From assembly GCF_030028105.1 (NCBI RefSeq), contig NC_092384.1, forward strand, positions 3,143,665 through 3,207,664: DNA of 64,000 nt, given 5' to 3'. A program made the position numbers and the translations under genes. This stretch comes from Mobula birostris (Eukaryota). The notes under the pieces were generated by a model. That model was not told where the DNA came from. It did not search any database and was given only the letters and a program-made list of their open reading frames with translations. Below, in pieces: positions 37,551-51,817 of this stretch (position 1 is its first letter; every line of letters starts with the position of its first letter).

Positions 37551-40500
37551 TCTTTCTTTCTTTTTAAATCTTTTTATTGAATAAGTATACAAAAAGGTAA
37601 GCCATATAGGCACTAATACACTGTTAGAATATAATAAAATTACAGGAGATATTAATACAAAAAATACAAACAATGTAATTTAAACATAACGTACCAAGGT
37701 AACATAATAGTATACTAATTTTTATATATATATATCAATAGAGAAAAGGAAAAAAAAAACCAAAAAACCCACCGTGCAACTAACTAAAAGCAAAGCAAAG
37801 CAATGGGCTAACTTGAAACCAAACAGAGTGAAAAAACTAAAAATTACGTCCTCAATCCCGACCTTCATAAAAAACAGTAAAAAAAAAACAAGAAGGGTAT
37901 ATATTACATTAAATGAAAATATTGAATAAAAGATCTCCAAGTCTGTTCAAATTTAAATGAGGAGTCATAAAGATTGCTTCTAACTTTCTCCAAATTCAAG
38001 CATAATATCGTCTGAGAAAACCAAAAAAAGGTAGTTGGAGCATTAAGCTCTTTCCAATGTTGTAAGATACATCTTTTCGCCATTAAAGTAGAAATTCAAT
38101 CATTCTACGGGCTGAGGGAGAAAGATTACTGGAAATTTTAGGTAGTCCAAAGATAGCAGTAATAGGGTGAGGAGAGATATCTATATTCAATACCTTGGAA
38201 ATAATATTAAAAATGTCTCTCCAAAAAGTTTCCAGAGTAGGTCAAGACCAAAACATATGAGTTAAAGAGGGTATTTACCCCGGACATCTATCACAAAAAG
38301 GATTAATATGAGAATAAAAGCGAGCTAATTTATCTTTGGACATATGTGCTCTATGAACAACTTTAAATTGAATTAGGGAATGTTTAGCACAGATAGAGGA
38401 AGTATTGACTAATTGTAAAATCTGCCCCCAGTCATCCACGGAAATAATAGATCCCAATTCTTGTTCCCAATCTGACCTAATCTTATCAAATGGAGCTTTC
38501 CCAAGTTTCATAATAATATTATAAATAATAGCCGATGCACCCTTCTGACATGGATTAAGGTTAATTATAGTATCTAAAATGTATGTAGGAGAAACCATTG
38601 GAAAGGAAGAAAGTATAGTACTTAGGAAATTTCTAACTTGTAGATATCTAAAAAAATGTATTCTTGATAAATTTTATTTATTAGATAATTGTTCAAAAGA
38701 CATAAGGGAACCATCTAAAAATAAATCCAAAAACCGTGAAATACCCTTAGTCTTCCAAATTTGAAAAGCACGATCCGTAAAAGAGGGAGGAAAAAATATG
38801 TTACCTAAAATAGGAATCGCTAACCCAAACTGGTTAAGATCAAAAAATCTTCTGAATTGAAACCAAATACGTAAGGTATATTTAACTATCGGGTTAGACA
38901 CCTGTTTAAGGCGTTTCAAATCAAAAGGAAGAGAGGAACCTAAAATAGAGCCAAGTGTATAGCCCTGAACAGATTGCAATTCCAATGCTACCCATTTAGG
39001 AATGGATAGTATATCCTGGTCAAGTAACCAAAATTTCATATGTCGAATATCAATTGCCCAATAATAAAATCTAAAGTTAGGTAATGCTAAGCCTCCATCT
39101 CTCTTAGCTTTCTGTAAATGTATTTTACCCAGTCTCGGGTTTTTATTTTGCCAAATAAATGAAGAAATTTTGGAGTCAACTTTATCAAAAAAAGATTTTG
39201 GAACAAAAATTGGTAATGCCTGAAATATATATAAAAATTTTGGCAAAAAAAAATCTTAACTGCATTAATACGACCAATCAAAGTTAAATATAAAGGAAAC
39301 CATTTAGATGAAAGTTGAATAATATGGTCAATTAAGGGTAAAAAGTTAATCTTAAATAAATCTTTGTATTTACAAGTAATTTTAATCCCAAGATATCAAA
39401 AATAATTATTAATCAATTTAAATGGAAAGTTATGATATAAGGAAAGTTGTTTATTAATCGGGAAAAGTTCACTCTTACTAAGACTTAATTTATAACCTGA
39501 AAAAAGACCGAATTGTGCTAATAGCTCTAAAACAGCAGGGATGGATTTTTGGGGATTAGAAATATATAAAAGTAAGTCATCAGCATAGAGTGATATTTTA
39601 TGGGACTTTAAGCCCCGAATTATCCCAGTAATATTTGGAGATTCTCGAATGGCAATTGCAAGAGGTTCTAATGCGATATCAAATAATAAAGGACTAAGAG
39701 GACACCCGTGTCGAGTACATCGAAAAAGGAGGAAAAAAGGTGAGCTTAGAGAGTTAGTACGGACCGAGGCCACAGGAGAATGATGTAACAATTTAATCCA
39801 GAATATAAATTTCGAGCTAAAATTAAACATTTCAAGCACCTTAAATAAATAAGGCCATTCTACTCTATCAAAAGCTTTCTCAGCATCTAAAGAGATAACA
39901 CACTCAGGAACATTTTGTGAGGGAGTATAAACAATATTTAACAGTGTGCGAGTATTATAAAAAGAGTAACGACCTTTAATAAAACCCGTTTGGTCTTCCG
40001 AAATAATAAAAGGGAGTACTTTTTCAAATCTATTTGCTAATAACTTAGAAAAAACTTTAGAATCAACATTTAATAAAGATATTGGTCTATAAGATGCACA
40101 TTGAGCAGGATCTTTATCCTTCTTTAATATTAGAGAGATTGACGCTCTATTGAAAGATTCAGGAAGTTTACCAAGTTTTAATGAAGCCTTAAAAACCCTA
40201 CAGAGCCAAGGGATTAATGAAGGTGCGAAACATTTATAACATTCTACAGTAAACCCATCAGGGCCAGGAGCTTTCCCCAAATTCATAGAGAAAATAACAT
40301 TCTTAATCTCATCCGTGGTAATGGAAGTATCTAACATAGAAGACATATCCTGTGAAATCTCAGGGAACTCTAGATTATCTAAAAAATCATTCATATATTT
40401 AGAATCTCGAGGAGACTCTGATTGATATAAGGAAGAATAAAAATCACAGAAATTTTGATTAATCCCCACATGATCAAGTATCAGTCGGTCATTTTGGTTA

Positions 40501-40869
40501 TAAATCTGATTAATTTGAGATTTAGCATAATTAGACTTCAGTTGATTAGCCAACAGTTTGCCAATTTTGTCACTGTGTACATAAAATTCACTTCTTGTTT
40601 TCTTTAATTGGTTTACAATCGAGGACGAAAGTAATAAACTGTGTTCCATTTGAAGTTCAGTTCTTTGTTTATATAACTCCTCAGAAGGAGCTATAACATA
40701 TTTCTTATCAATTTCCTTAATCTTGTCCACGATTGCCAACTCCTCCTGCTTCAGCTTCTTCCTCAAAGCAACAGAATACGAGATAATATGACCACGAATA
40801 TAAGCTTTAAAAGTATCCCAAAGAGTGTTCACAGAAATATCCTCTGTATAGTTAATTGTAAAAAAAAGA
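37551..40869 (-). mobile_element. 5'-truncated L1-clade LINE (ORF2 linker, RT and C-terminus, frameshifted)
   Basis: KAPGPDGF, YRPISLLN, SLDAEKAFD, GCPLSP and LYADD motifs. (GAAA)n tail at 37551. Direct repeat TGTGCATACTT at 37540-37550 and 40870-40880. The empty site is in copy A near 115. Confidence 0.95.
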
Positions 40870-41924
40870 TGTGCATACTTGTGTATGCTTTCAACACCCC
40901 GTTCTGAGTCACTTGACAATCAAAGCGTAACGATAAAGCGACACTTGTTAGCAGACTACTGGTGACAGGATTTCTCTGGAATTGAGCTACTCTTCGCCAT
41001 TGTGACGGGAAGCGGAAACAATGGTGGCATTGTTGCAACGAAGTTCATTTAATTAAAAACAGAACAGGAGGAAGGGAGACTGGCGGTAAACTGGACAAGT
41101 TATTTGAGTCACGGGAATTGCAGTTTGATCCACACAATTTTTTAGATGAAAACGTATAAAGAAGTACATATAAAGTACATATAAAGTATCTGAAGAACAA
41201 CCTTTCATTATTACCAGAACGATTGTGGATATTTCGGCTTCATAGAGGGAGAGGTTATACAAATAGAAAGATAACGTACCCAGTATTTCAAAATCACTGG
41301 TTGCCATTAAGCTCTGTGCACGCAAATCAGTCGGGTTATCAGTACTTCCAACCTCACCGCCCCACCCCCACAAAAAATGTAGAGAAAGAATTTGGGGGTG
41401 GACGGATGGGATGTTTTGTTGGTGTACGACAAGGTTGAACATGACGGATTATTGGAGGAAATTTACTTGGCAATTAAGGACGATCTGCTTCCTCTGGACA
41501 ATAATCAACACCAGTTTTGCTCTTTTTCGCGCATTGAGGAGCCTTTAGCATCTGTCTGTTCTCAACCTAACACGGATGGAAAGCACGGGGTTCCGTCTGG
41601 ATTCCAGCCTGGGATCATCGCCTCGAGGTCCGGAGCTGATGCCACCACATCACCGGCCGGCAACACCAGTGTGTCTTAGATTTAATATATTATACAAATC
41701 GGAGAAATCGTGAGGATAAGTCTCTCAAGACACGAAACTCACTGCATTTTATGCTAGAGAATGCAGCTTCCATATAATTTGTACAAAGCTTATTTTGTAT
41801 GCATTTAATAACAACCTATCAGCGGTCACCGGGAAGCCCAGCGAAAACGATTAAATGCGGTGATCGTTTAAAACTAGTTTATAGTTACCCGACTTTGTAT
41901 GACAGTTGAGATCCATAGTCTCAC

Positions 41925-42137
41925 CTGTGCTGTTGTTGATGACGATGTAAGTGGCGAGAGCAGAAACACGGAGGGTGACGTGAGATACCCGACAATTGTA
42001 GACTGTCCCGGTTGGCACAACCTGCGTTACTGACAATCTGCTGGAAGCTTCATATAGCCCATCCGAAGTGGAGTTGGTAACAGTCGAACCGGTTGTAATG
42101 TTGGTGCCATCTTTATACCAGGTGAAATTGAAATATC
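41925..42137 (-). pseudogene. Truncated C1 exon of copy B (acceptor, A/B strands and first Cys deleted)
   Basis: Matches copy A 1126-1336, then jumps to the equivalent of 1495. About 158 bp is lost at an ATATC microhomology. Confidence 0.9.
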
Positions 42138-42497
42138 AGCGTTCGATGCTATTAACATAAAAGCCAAAACTTTAATATTACAGCGGCAGCAATTTAAGTT
42201 CCAATGGAGGAAAATAGTTTTGGATACTAACGGAGCAAATCGTCGATCATATGGGATCAGTGGCGGCTGTACTTTAATTTTCCGCAACTCAAAGAGCTCC
42301 AGAATTTAATGTTGAAATGAATAATTATGTAAAAATACATTAGCCAGATTTTAATTAATGTCGTTGAATACTCTTGTTTTATATAGTCAGCGCGTGCCTC
42401 TACGATTAATACTGTTATTCTATTTAAGAGACATTGTACATAAGACAATTTCTCAGACGCAATTTCGCATCAACTGAATCGCTTCTAATGCACCTAC

Positions 42498-42818
42498 CCA
42501 ACACAACTAAAGTCGACCCGGTTCCGTTGCCAATCATTGTGACCTGATGGGCGATGGTACAATAATAGACTCCCGCATCTTGTGGACGCACGCTGACTAT
42601 CTGCAGGAAGCCGTTGAATTTAGTACTGAAGCTGGTCAATACTCTGACGTCATGGACTGGGTTGATATAATTGTTTTCACCCTTTTTCCACCAATATATG
42701 TCAACGCGGGGACCCTCCGGCAAGGAGGAAGGGGAACAGTCAAAGGCAACGTTTTCCCCCCTGAAGATGTTGGTGAATTTAGGGAGTTGTGTGACGTTGA
42801 CAGAAGATTCAACTGACC
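42498..42818 (-). CDS. IgSF receptor copy B, VJ-type V exon (open)
   Basis: Same splice sites and length as copy A. Both Cys, the Trp and GNGTGSTLVV are intact. Confidence 0.92.
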
Positions 42819-42953
42819 CTAAATTAAAGAAAGGCACTTCCGAATCACTGAGAGACATTATAATCAGTGTATTCAATTTTAAAGCCGAACAAGGACAGAC
42901 ATAAAGAGATATTCAATAACTGTTTCATTCTGAAGAACGGGGAAACCATTTAC

Positions 42954-43008
42954 CCATAAAATATATCATCCAAAGAAGCAGACAGTGAGGTCCCACGCTG
43001 GCCAACAT
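42954..43008 (-). CDS. IgSF receptor copy B, leader exon
   Basis: MLASVGPHCLLLWMIYFM-G|gtaaat. Confidence 0.85.
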
Positions 43009-43439
43009 TCTGGTACAAGTGATCACAGGGCGTGCGCAGTCGCGAACTGTTTCTCTGGGTTGAGCGGCCACAGGGTGTGCTGCGTCAGTCTTTCCATGAC
43101 GGTAGTGCGACTTCTAACCAATATGTGGTGAGATTTATTGTCATTTGTGCTTATGCGAGCAGTAGCTCCGTCTTCTTCGGCACCGATTTTGCTTTTAGTA
43201 GCTGAATAAAGAGCAACCTATTTCACAAATCAGTGTATTTGAGATCAATTTTAGTGACGTGTGGTCTGCAGATACATTAGGTAAACTAACTCCTCGCTCC
43301 ATGTAATCTCACTGCGCGCCCCCCACTCACTCATTCCCACGTGTCGACTCACAGCGTCACACCGCTCCGGCACTCTTCACACACTCTTTTAACATTGACT
43401 CATCCTACCCCTCTCCGACCCACTGCTCCCAGTCCGTTT

Positions 43440-46400
43440 CCTTAGGAAACGTCCCATCTTGCCTCTATCAAAAGCATCCGACAGTAAAGAGAGTGGGGGA
43501 CTTCAATGAGGTCCATCGCCCGAAGATAAAAGGTAGGAGCGGTTCGTGGCTGCGTAATTGAGCTATAACCGGCGGCCAATCCGGACGTCGGAAGTTTGGA
43601 GAGGAGGTGACTCCAATCAGGTCCACCGCCCGAGGAGAAAAGGCAGCGTAACAGGTCTGAGCAGCAGCCAGTCGGCATTTAGAGTTGATCAATAAGAGCC
43701 AATTTAACGCAGGCAGGGGCCAGCGCAGCGCCCAGCGTTGCAGCGGCGTCATCCGAGTGGATATAGTCAGCACGATAATTTTAAGGCTTTAGCTCTTCGA
43801 GGCTTCACTCAAAGAAAGAAAAACTCAAGTTATTTCCTCTCTACTTTATATCTGTTGAGCTAGGCAGAGATAACAGGCAGGATAGTGCAATGTAGGAAGG
43901 CAGGAAGACCTCCAGTATTAAGGAAAACACAAAGACATTTGACAAGTATGCGGAGAGCTGCAGTATGAGAGGTGTGAGAATAAGAACAATCAGGTGCGAT
44001 AGTGGAAACGTGTTAATAGAGTTGGAGGAGGTAACAGAGGTACTTAATTAAATTATTTTCTTCAGCATTCACCAGGGAAAATGACTTTGGCTATTGTGTG
44101 GATGACTTACAGCAGACTGAAACGCTTGAGCATATAGACATCAAGATAGAAGATGTGCTGGAGCTTTAGAAAACTACTAAGTTAGAAAGGTCACTTGGTC
44201 CGGACGAAGCATAACCCAGGCTACGGTGGGAAGCGAGGGAGAAGATTGCTGAGCCTGTGGGGATTATCATAATCTGTGTGGATTGGTGATAATATCTCCT
44301 CTTCGCTAACGATCAACGATCAAGGGGTGTGTACTTAGCCCACTGCTCTACACTCTATACAGCATGCACATGACTCTGTGACTAGGCATAATTAAAACAC
44401 CATCTATGAAATGATGACGATAGAACCTTTGTTGGTAGAATCTCAGGTGGTGACGAGAGGGCGTACAGGAGTGAGATATGGCAACAAGCGGAGTGGTGCT
44501 GCAACAACAACCTGCGACTCGACGTCAGTAAGACGAAGGAGCATATTGTGGACTTCAGGAAGAGTAAGAGGAAGGAACGCATACCAATCCTCACAGAGAG
44601 ATCAGAAGTGGAGAGAATGAGCAGTTTCAAGTTCCTGGGTGTCAAGATCTCTGATGATCTAACCTGGTCCCAACATAATGATGTAGTTATAAAGAAGGCA
44701 AGAGAGCAGCTATATATCATTAGGAGTTTGAAGAGATTTGGCATGTCAACAAATAGACTCAAATACTTCTGTAATTGTTCCATGGAGAATATTCCATCAG
44801 ACTGTATCACTGTCCGGTATGGTGGGTTGGGTGGGGGTGGGGGCAGGGTGGCTACTGCATAGGACCGAAAGAAGTGCAGAGAGTTGTAAGTCAAGTCAGC
44901 TCCATCTTGGGTACTAGCCTACAAATTACACAGGACATCTTCAGGTAGCGGTGTCTCAGAAAGGCAGCGTCCATTATTAAGGACCTCCAGCACTCAGGGC
45001 ATGCCCTTTTCTCACTGTTACCATCAGGTAGGAGGTACAGAACCCTGACGGCACACACTCAGAGATTCAGCTTCTTCCCCCCTGCCATCCAATTCCTAAA
45101 TGGACATTGAATCTTTGGACACTTTTTTAATACACAGCATTTCTGTTTTTACATATTTTTAAAAATATCTATTCACTATGCATGAATGATTTATTTGTTT
45201 ATTTATTATTATGTTTTATTTTGTTTATTAATTTTGTTCTCTCACTCTGTTAGATTATGTATTGTATTGAACTGTTGCTGCTAAGTTAACACATTTCACG
45301 TCACATGCCGGTGATGATAAATCTGATTCTGATCTTTGCATCATCAATATGGATGGAAGAAGTACCGGACGATTGGAGGGTTGCAAACGTTGTTCCCTTG
45401 TTCACGAAAGTGAGTAGAGATAACCCAAGAGATTATAGAACAGTGAGTCTTACTTCAGCAGTGAACAAGTTGTGAAGAAGATCCAGAAAGGCAAGAGTTA
45501 TGGGCATTTGGAGAAACATAATCTGATTAGAGATAGCCAGCATGGCTTTGTCAACGGCAGGTCGTGCCGTACGAGTCTGATTGAATTATTTCAGGATGTA
45601 ACAAGACAATTGATGAAGGTAGAAAAATGGATGTAGCGCATATGCATTTTAATAAGACATTTAATATTTAATAGATATATAGAAAACCTACAGCACAATA
45701 CAGGCCATTCTGGCCACAAAGTTGTGCCGAACATGTCCCCACCTTAGAAATTGCTAAGGGTAACCCAGAGCCCTCTATTTTTCTAAGCTCCGTGTAAATA
45801 TCCAAAAACCTCTTAAAAGGCCCTATCGCATCCACATCCACCACCGTTGTCGGCAGCCCATTCCAAGCACTCACCACTCCCTGCGTAAAAGATCTTACCC
45901 CTGACTTCTCCTCTGTACCTACTCCCCAGCACCTTAAAATTGCGCCCTCTTGTGGCAGCCGTTTAAACCCTTGGAAAAAGCCTCTGACTATCCACACGAT
46001 CAATGCCTCTCATCATCTTATACAATTCTATCAGGTCACCTGTCATCTTCCGTCGCTCCAAGGAGAAGAAGTCGAATTTACTCAACCTGTTTTCATAAGG
46101 CATACTCCCAATCCAGGCAAGATCTTTGTAAGTCTCCTCTGCACACTTTCTATGGTTTCCACATCCTTCCTGTAGCGATGCGACCACAAATCAGCACAGT
46201 ACTCCAAGTGGGGTCTGACCAGGAGCCCTATAGCTGCAACATTACCTCTGGCCTCCTAAATTCAATGCCATGATTGATGAAGGCCAGTACGCCTTACGTC
46301 TTCTTAACTACACCGTAAACCTGCGCAGTCCTATAGACTCGGACCCCAAGATCCCTCTGGTCCTCCACACTGCCAAGTCTTAAAATTAATACTATATTCT

Positions 46401-47013
46401 GCCGTCATATTTGACCTACCAAAATGAATTACTTCACATTTATCTAGGTTCAACTCCGTCGGCAACTTCTCAGCCAAGATATGTATCCTATCAATGTCCC
46501 GCTGTAACCTCTGACAGCCCTCCACACTATCCACAACACCTCCAACCTTTGAGCCATCAGCAAATTTACTAACCCATCCCTTCACTTCCTCATCCAGGTC
46601 ATTTTTAAAAATCACGAAGAGTAGGAGTCCCAGCTCAGATCCCTGAGGTACATCACTGGTCATCGTCCTCCATTGAGAATATGACCCAACTACAACCACT
46701 CTTTGAGCAAGCCGATTCTGGATCCACAAAGCAAGGTCCCCTTGGATCCCATGCCTCCTTACTTTCTCAATGAGCCTTGCATGGGGTACCTTATCAAATG
46801 CTTTGCTGAAATCCACATGCAATACATCTACTGCTCTACCTTCATCAATGTGTTTAGTCACATCCTCAAAAAAATCAAACAAGCTCGTAAGGAACGACAT
46901 GCCTTTGACAAAGCCATGCTGACTCTTCTTAATCATACCATGCCTCTCCAAATGTTTATAAATCCTCCTTCTCAGGATCTTTTCCATCAGATTACCAACC
47001 ACTCACTGAAGTA
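43440..47013. mobile_element. Copy B of the CR1(+)/Rex-Babar(+)/CR1(-) nest
   Basis: Colinear with 2780-6372. Rex-Babar at about 44260-45330 and CR1(-) at about 45670-47013. Confidence 0.88.
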
Positions 47014-47859
47014 AGACTTTGATTCTGAAACAGCCTGGGGAAAAAACGGTGAATTACAATTCCGCAGGAGATTAAACAGACGATGCAGGACATCGCTGTA
47101 CCAGATGCTCTGGGGATTGTCCCAGGCCTAAGTATTTTCAAGCACCGTCAATGACTTTTCTTGCATCATATGGGGAGAGCTAGAGATATTCCCTGATGGT
47201 TGCACTATTTTCACTTCCAATTACAATTCTGCAGCAAATTAGACAGTCGATAACTGCATGTAACCAGCTAGGCAGTTTTCAAACGTTGACTGCTGAATGG
47301 GTGGGAACATTTGTGCTTCGAAAGTACAAGGAAATAATAATGTCAATAAAGTGGATCATACTGTTCACTTGCGTCATTCCACATTATTGAGTTCGCTTAC
47401 TTCTCCAGCATCAGCATCTTGATTGTCAACACTGACTAGAAGATCATCTGAGTCAGGTACCCACATCCATAGCTGAATGACCTTTCAGTATTGTGTAGCG
47501 AATAGCACAATTCTTGACACTACATCCCTCTGAACCATTTAAAGGAAATGTAGATCGATTATGATAAAATGCTCCCCAATTGAGTGTATTATTATAGTGT
47601 TAAACAGTTAAGTTCATTTAGGACAAAACTATTAACTTGACTGACACCTCATCTAAGTTACCAACCATTTCTTCCTCCCTCCTCCAATGCAGTTTTGGAC
47701 CATGTACAGAATGTACTGTGGTTATTTGCATAGGTTATTCTGCTAGAACCACCCAAAAAAACTGTGACTTTTGTGACTTCCATCTCTAAGCAACACAAGA
47801 GATCAGAGTAGAGGAGCACTGCTATACAGAAATGTCCATGCAAGTCATGCAGTACCCTG

Positions 47860-50800
47860 ATTTGGAATATTGTTGGACACATTTGCCCCCGATGACTACA
47901 CCTGTAAAAGGTGCAACCAGCTGCAGCTCCTGACAAACCGAGTATGGGAAATGGAGCTGGAGCTGGATGAACTTTAGATCATTCGTGAGGCAGAGACAGA
48001 AATAAACAACAGTTACAGGGAGATAGTCACCCCTAAAAATCAGGAGGCAGGTAGCTGGGTGACTGTCAGGAGAGGGAAGGGGAATAGACAGAATGAGCAG
48101 AGCACGCCTCTGGTCGTTCCCATCTATAATAAGTATACCGTTTTGGATACCATTCGTGGGGACGACCTACCAGGGACAAGTTGTAGTAGTCACGTCTCTG
48201 GCACCGAGACTGGACCCTCAGCTCAGGAGGGAAGGAGGGAAAAGAGAAGAGCAACAGTGATACGGGATTCGATAGTTAGTGGAACAGATAAGAGATTCTG
48301 TGGAAGAGATCGAAAATCCCGGATGGTCTGTTGCCTCCCTGGTGCCAGGGTCTGCAATAACTTGGATCGAGTTCTCAGTATTCTCAAGAGGGAGGGTGAA
48401 CAGCCAGAAGTCGTGGTCATGTAGGGACCAATGACGTGGATAGGAAGAAGGAGGATGTCCTGCAAAGAGAATTTAGGAAGTTAGGTGCTAAGTTGAAGGA
48501 CAGGACCTCCAGAGTTGCAATCTCAGGTTTGCTACCCGTGCCACGTGCTAGTGAGGCTAGAGATAGGTAGATAATGCAGCTAAATACATGGCTAAGGAGT
48601 TGCAGGAGGGAGGGCTTCATGTTTATGGAGGATTGGGCCTTGTTCCAGGGAAGGTGCGACCTGTTCCGACGGGAAGTGTTGCACCTGAACTGGAGGGGGA
48701 CTAACATTTGCGGGAAAGTTTGCTAGTGCTGCTCCTATGGTTTTAGATACATTTGCTAGGGGAGGGGAACCACAGTGTTAGAGCAGATAGTGAGGAGGAG
48801 GAGGATGAAGGTCATGCGAGAACTGTAAGTATAGTGCATGGAGTAAATCCAGATCTAACATATAAAGAGGCTTTAAGGAAAGAGAAACAGAATAAAGGGT
48901 GTAAAGGTATGAAGGTAGAAGGACTAAAGTGCGTGTATTTCTATACAAGAAGCATCAGGAACAAAGGTGATGAACTGAGAGCTTGGATACATACATGGAA
49001 TTATGATGTAGTGAGCATTACAGAGACTTGGCTGGCACCAGGGCAGGAATGGATTCCCAATATTCCTGGATTTCAGTGCTTTAAAAATGGTTGGGTGGGG
49101 GGGGGGTTGGGAAGGGGAGGAAGGGAGGCTTTACTGGTCAGGGATACTATTGCAGATACAGAAAGGGTGTGTAATGTAGCAGGATGCTCTTTTGAGTCAG
49201 TTTGGGTAGAAGCCAGGAACAGGAAGGGAGTAGTTACCCTATTGGGAGTATTCTATAGGCCCCCTGGTAGCAGTAGAGATACTGAGGAGCAGATTGGGAG
49301 GCAGATTTTGGAAAAGTGCAAAAATAACAGGGTTGTTATCATGGGTGACTTTAACTTCCTAATATTGATTGGCACCAGATTAGTTCCAATGGTTTGGACG
49401 GGGCAAAGTTTGTTAAGTGTGTCAAGGATGGATTCCTATCACAGTATGTTGACAGGCGGTCTAGGCAGTAGCCATTGTTCCCCAGATGCTCACCCACTGA
49501 GCGATCTGGGACCTGACCCATTTCATTACCTAATACTTATAGAATTAGGTAACGAATTGTGTCAGGTCCCAGGTCTCTCAGTGGGTGAGCATCTTGGGGA
49601 CAATGGCTGCTGCTCCCTGGCCTTTAACATTATCATGGAAAAGGATAGAATCAGAGACGACATTATTTTTTTTTCAATTGGGGAAGGGCAGATCACGAAG
49701 CTATTTGGCTAGAACTTGCGGGTGTGAATTAGGATGATGATATTTTTGCAGGGAAATGTGCTATGGAAATGCCGTCGATGTTTAGGAATCTCTTGCAGGA
49801 TGTTAGGGATAAATTTGTCCCAGTGAGGAAGATAAAGAATGGTAGGGTGAAGGAACCATGGGTGACAAGTGAGGTGGAGTATCTAGTCAGGTGGAAGAAG
49901 GCAGCATACGTGATGTTTAGTAAACAAGGATCACATGGGTCTATTGAGGAATATCGTGTAAAAGAAAGGAGCTTAAGAAGGGGCTGATGAGAGGAAGAAG
50001 GGGGCATGAGAATGCCTTGGCGAGTAGGGTAAAGGAAAACCCCAAGGCATTCCTCAATTATGTGAGGAACAAAATGATGACAGGAGTGAAGATAGGACCG
50101 ATTAGAGATATAGGTGGGAAGATGTACCTGGAGGGTGTGGAAAAGAGCGGGGACCTCAATGAACACTTCTCTTTGTTATTCACCAATGAGAGGGAACCTG
50201 ATGATTGTGAGGACAATATGAGTGAGGTTGATGTTCTGAAGCATGTTGATATTAAGGGAGAGGAGGTGTTGGAGTTGTTAAAATACATTAGGACGGATGA
50301 GTCCCCGGGGCACTGCTCCAGGAGGGGAGGGAAGTGATTGCTAAGCCTCTGGCTAGGATCTTCATGTCCTCGTTGTCCACGAGAATGGTACCGTAGGAGT
50401 GGAGGGAAGCAAATGTTGTTCCTTTGTTCAAAAAAGGTAGTAGGGATAGTCCGGATAATTATAGACCAGTGAGCCTTACGTCTGTGGTGAAAAAGCTGTT
50501 GGTACAGATTCTTAGAGATAAGATCTCTGGGCATTTAGAGATTCATAGTTTGATCTGGGACGTTAGCATGGCTTTGTGAAGAGCGGATCATGTCTGACAA
50601 GGCTAATAGAGTTCATTGAGGAGGTGCCAGGCATATAGATGAGGGTAGTGCAGTTTATGTGATCTACACGGATTTCAGTAAGGCATTTGACAAGTTTCCA
50701 CATGGTAGACTTATTCAGAAATTCAGAAGGCATGGAATCCCGGGATGTTTGGTTAGGGGGATTCAGAATTTGCTTGCCTGCAGAAGGCAGAGGATCATGC

Positions 50801-51817
50801 TGGAGGGAGTACATTCGGATTGGAGGGTTGTGACTCATGGTGTCCCACAAGGATTAGTTCTGGGACCTCAAATTTTCGTGATTTTTATTAAAGACCTGGA
50901 TGTGGGGGTAGAAGGGTGGGTTGGCAAGTTTGCAGACGACACAAAGGTCGGTGGTGTTGTAGATAGTGTAGAGGATTCTCGAAGATTGCAGAAAGACATT
51001 GATAGAATGCAGAAGTAGGCTGAGAAGTGGCAGATGGAGTTCAACCCGGAGAAGTGTGAGGAGGTACACTTTGGAAGGACAATCTCCAAGGCAGAGTACA
51101 AAATAAATAGCAGGATACTTGGCAGTGTGGAGGAGCAGAGGAATCTGGGGTACATGTCCACAGATCCCTGAATGTTGCCTCACAGGTAGATAGAGTGGTT
51201 AATAAAACTTATGGGGTGTTAGATTTCATAAGTCGAGGGATAGAGTTTAAGAGTCGCGATGTAATGATACAGCTCGATAAAACACTGGTTAGGCCACACT
51301 TGGAGTACTGTGTCCAGTCCTAGTCTCCTCACTGTAGGAAGGATGTGGAAGCATATGAAAGGGTACAGAAGACATTTACCAGGATGCTGCCTGGTTTGTA
51401 GAGTATGCAGTATGATCAGAGATTAAGGGAGCTAGGGTTTTACTCTTTGGAAAGAAGGAGGATGAAAGGAGATATGATGGATGTATACAAGATACTCAGA
51501 GGAACAGACAGAGTGGATAGGCAGCGCCTTTTTCCCAGGGCACCATTGCTCAATACAAGAGGACATAGCTTTAAGGTAAGGGGCGGGAAGTTCAAGGGGG
51601 TATTAGAGGAAGGTTTTTTCCTCAGAGAGTGGTTGATGCGTGGAATGCACTGCCTGAGTCAGTGCTGGAGTCAGATACACTAGTGAAGTTTAAGAGACTA
51701 CTGGAAAGGTATATGGAGGAATTTAATGAGGAGCTTTTATGGGAGGCGGGGATTAAGGGTCGGCACAACATTGTGGGCCGAAGGGCCTGCACTGTGCTGT
51801 ACTGTTCTATGTTCTAA
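47860..51817 (+). mobile_element. Near full-length degenerate CR1 LINE (copy B)
   Basis: ORF1 SGNH, endonuclease (ITETWL, GDFN), RT (DFSKAFDK, PQG, KFADDT) and a ttctatgttc tail. Confidence 0.93.
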
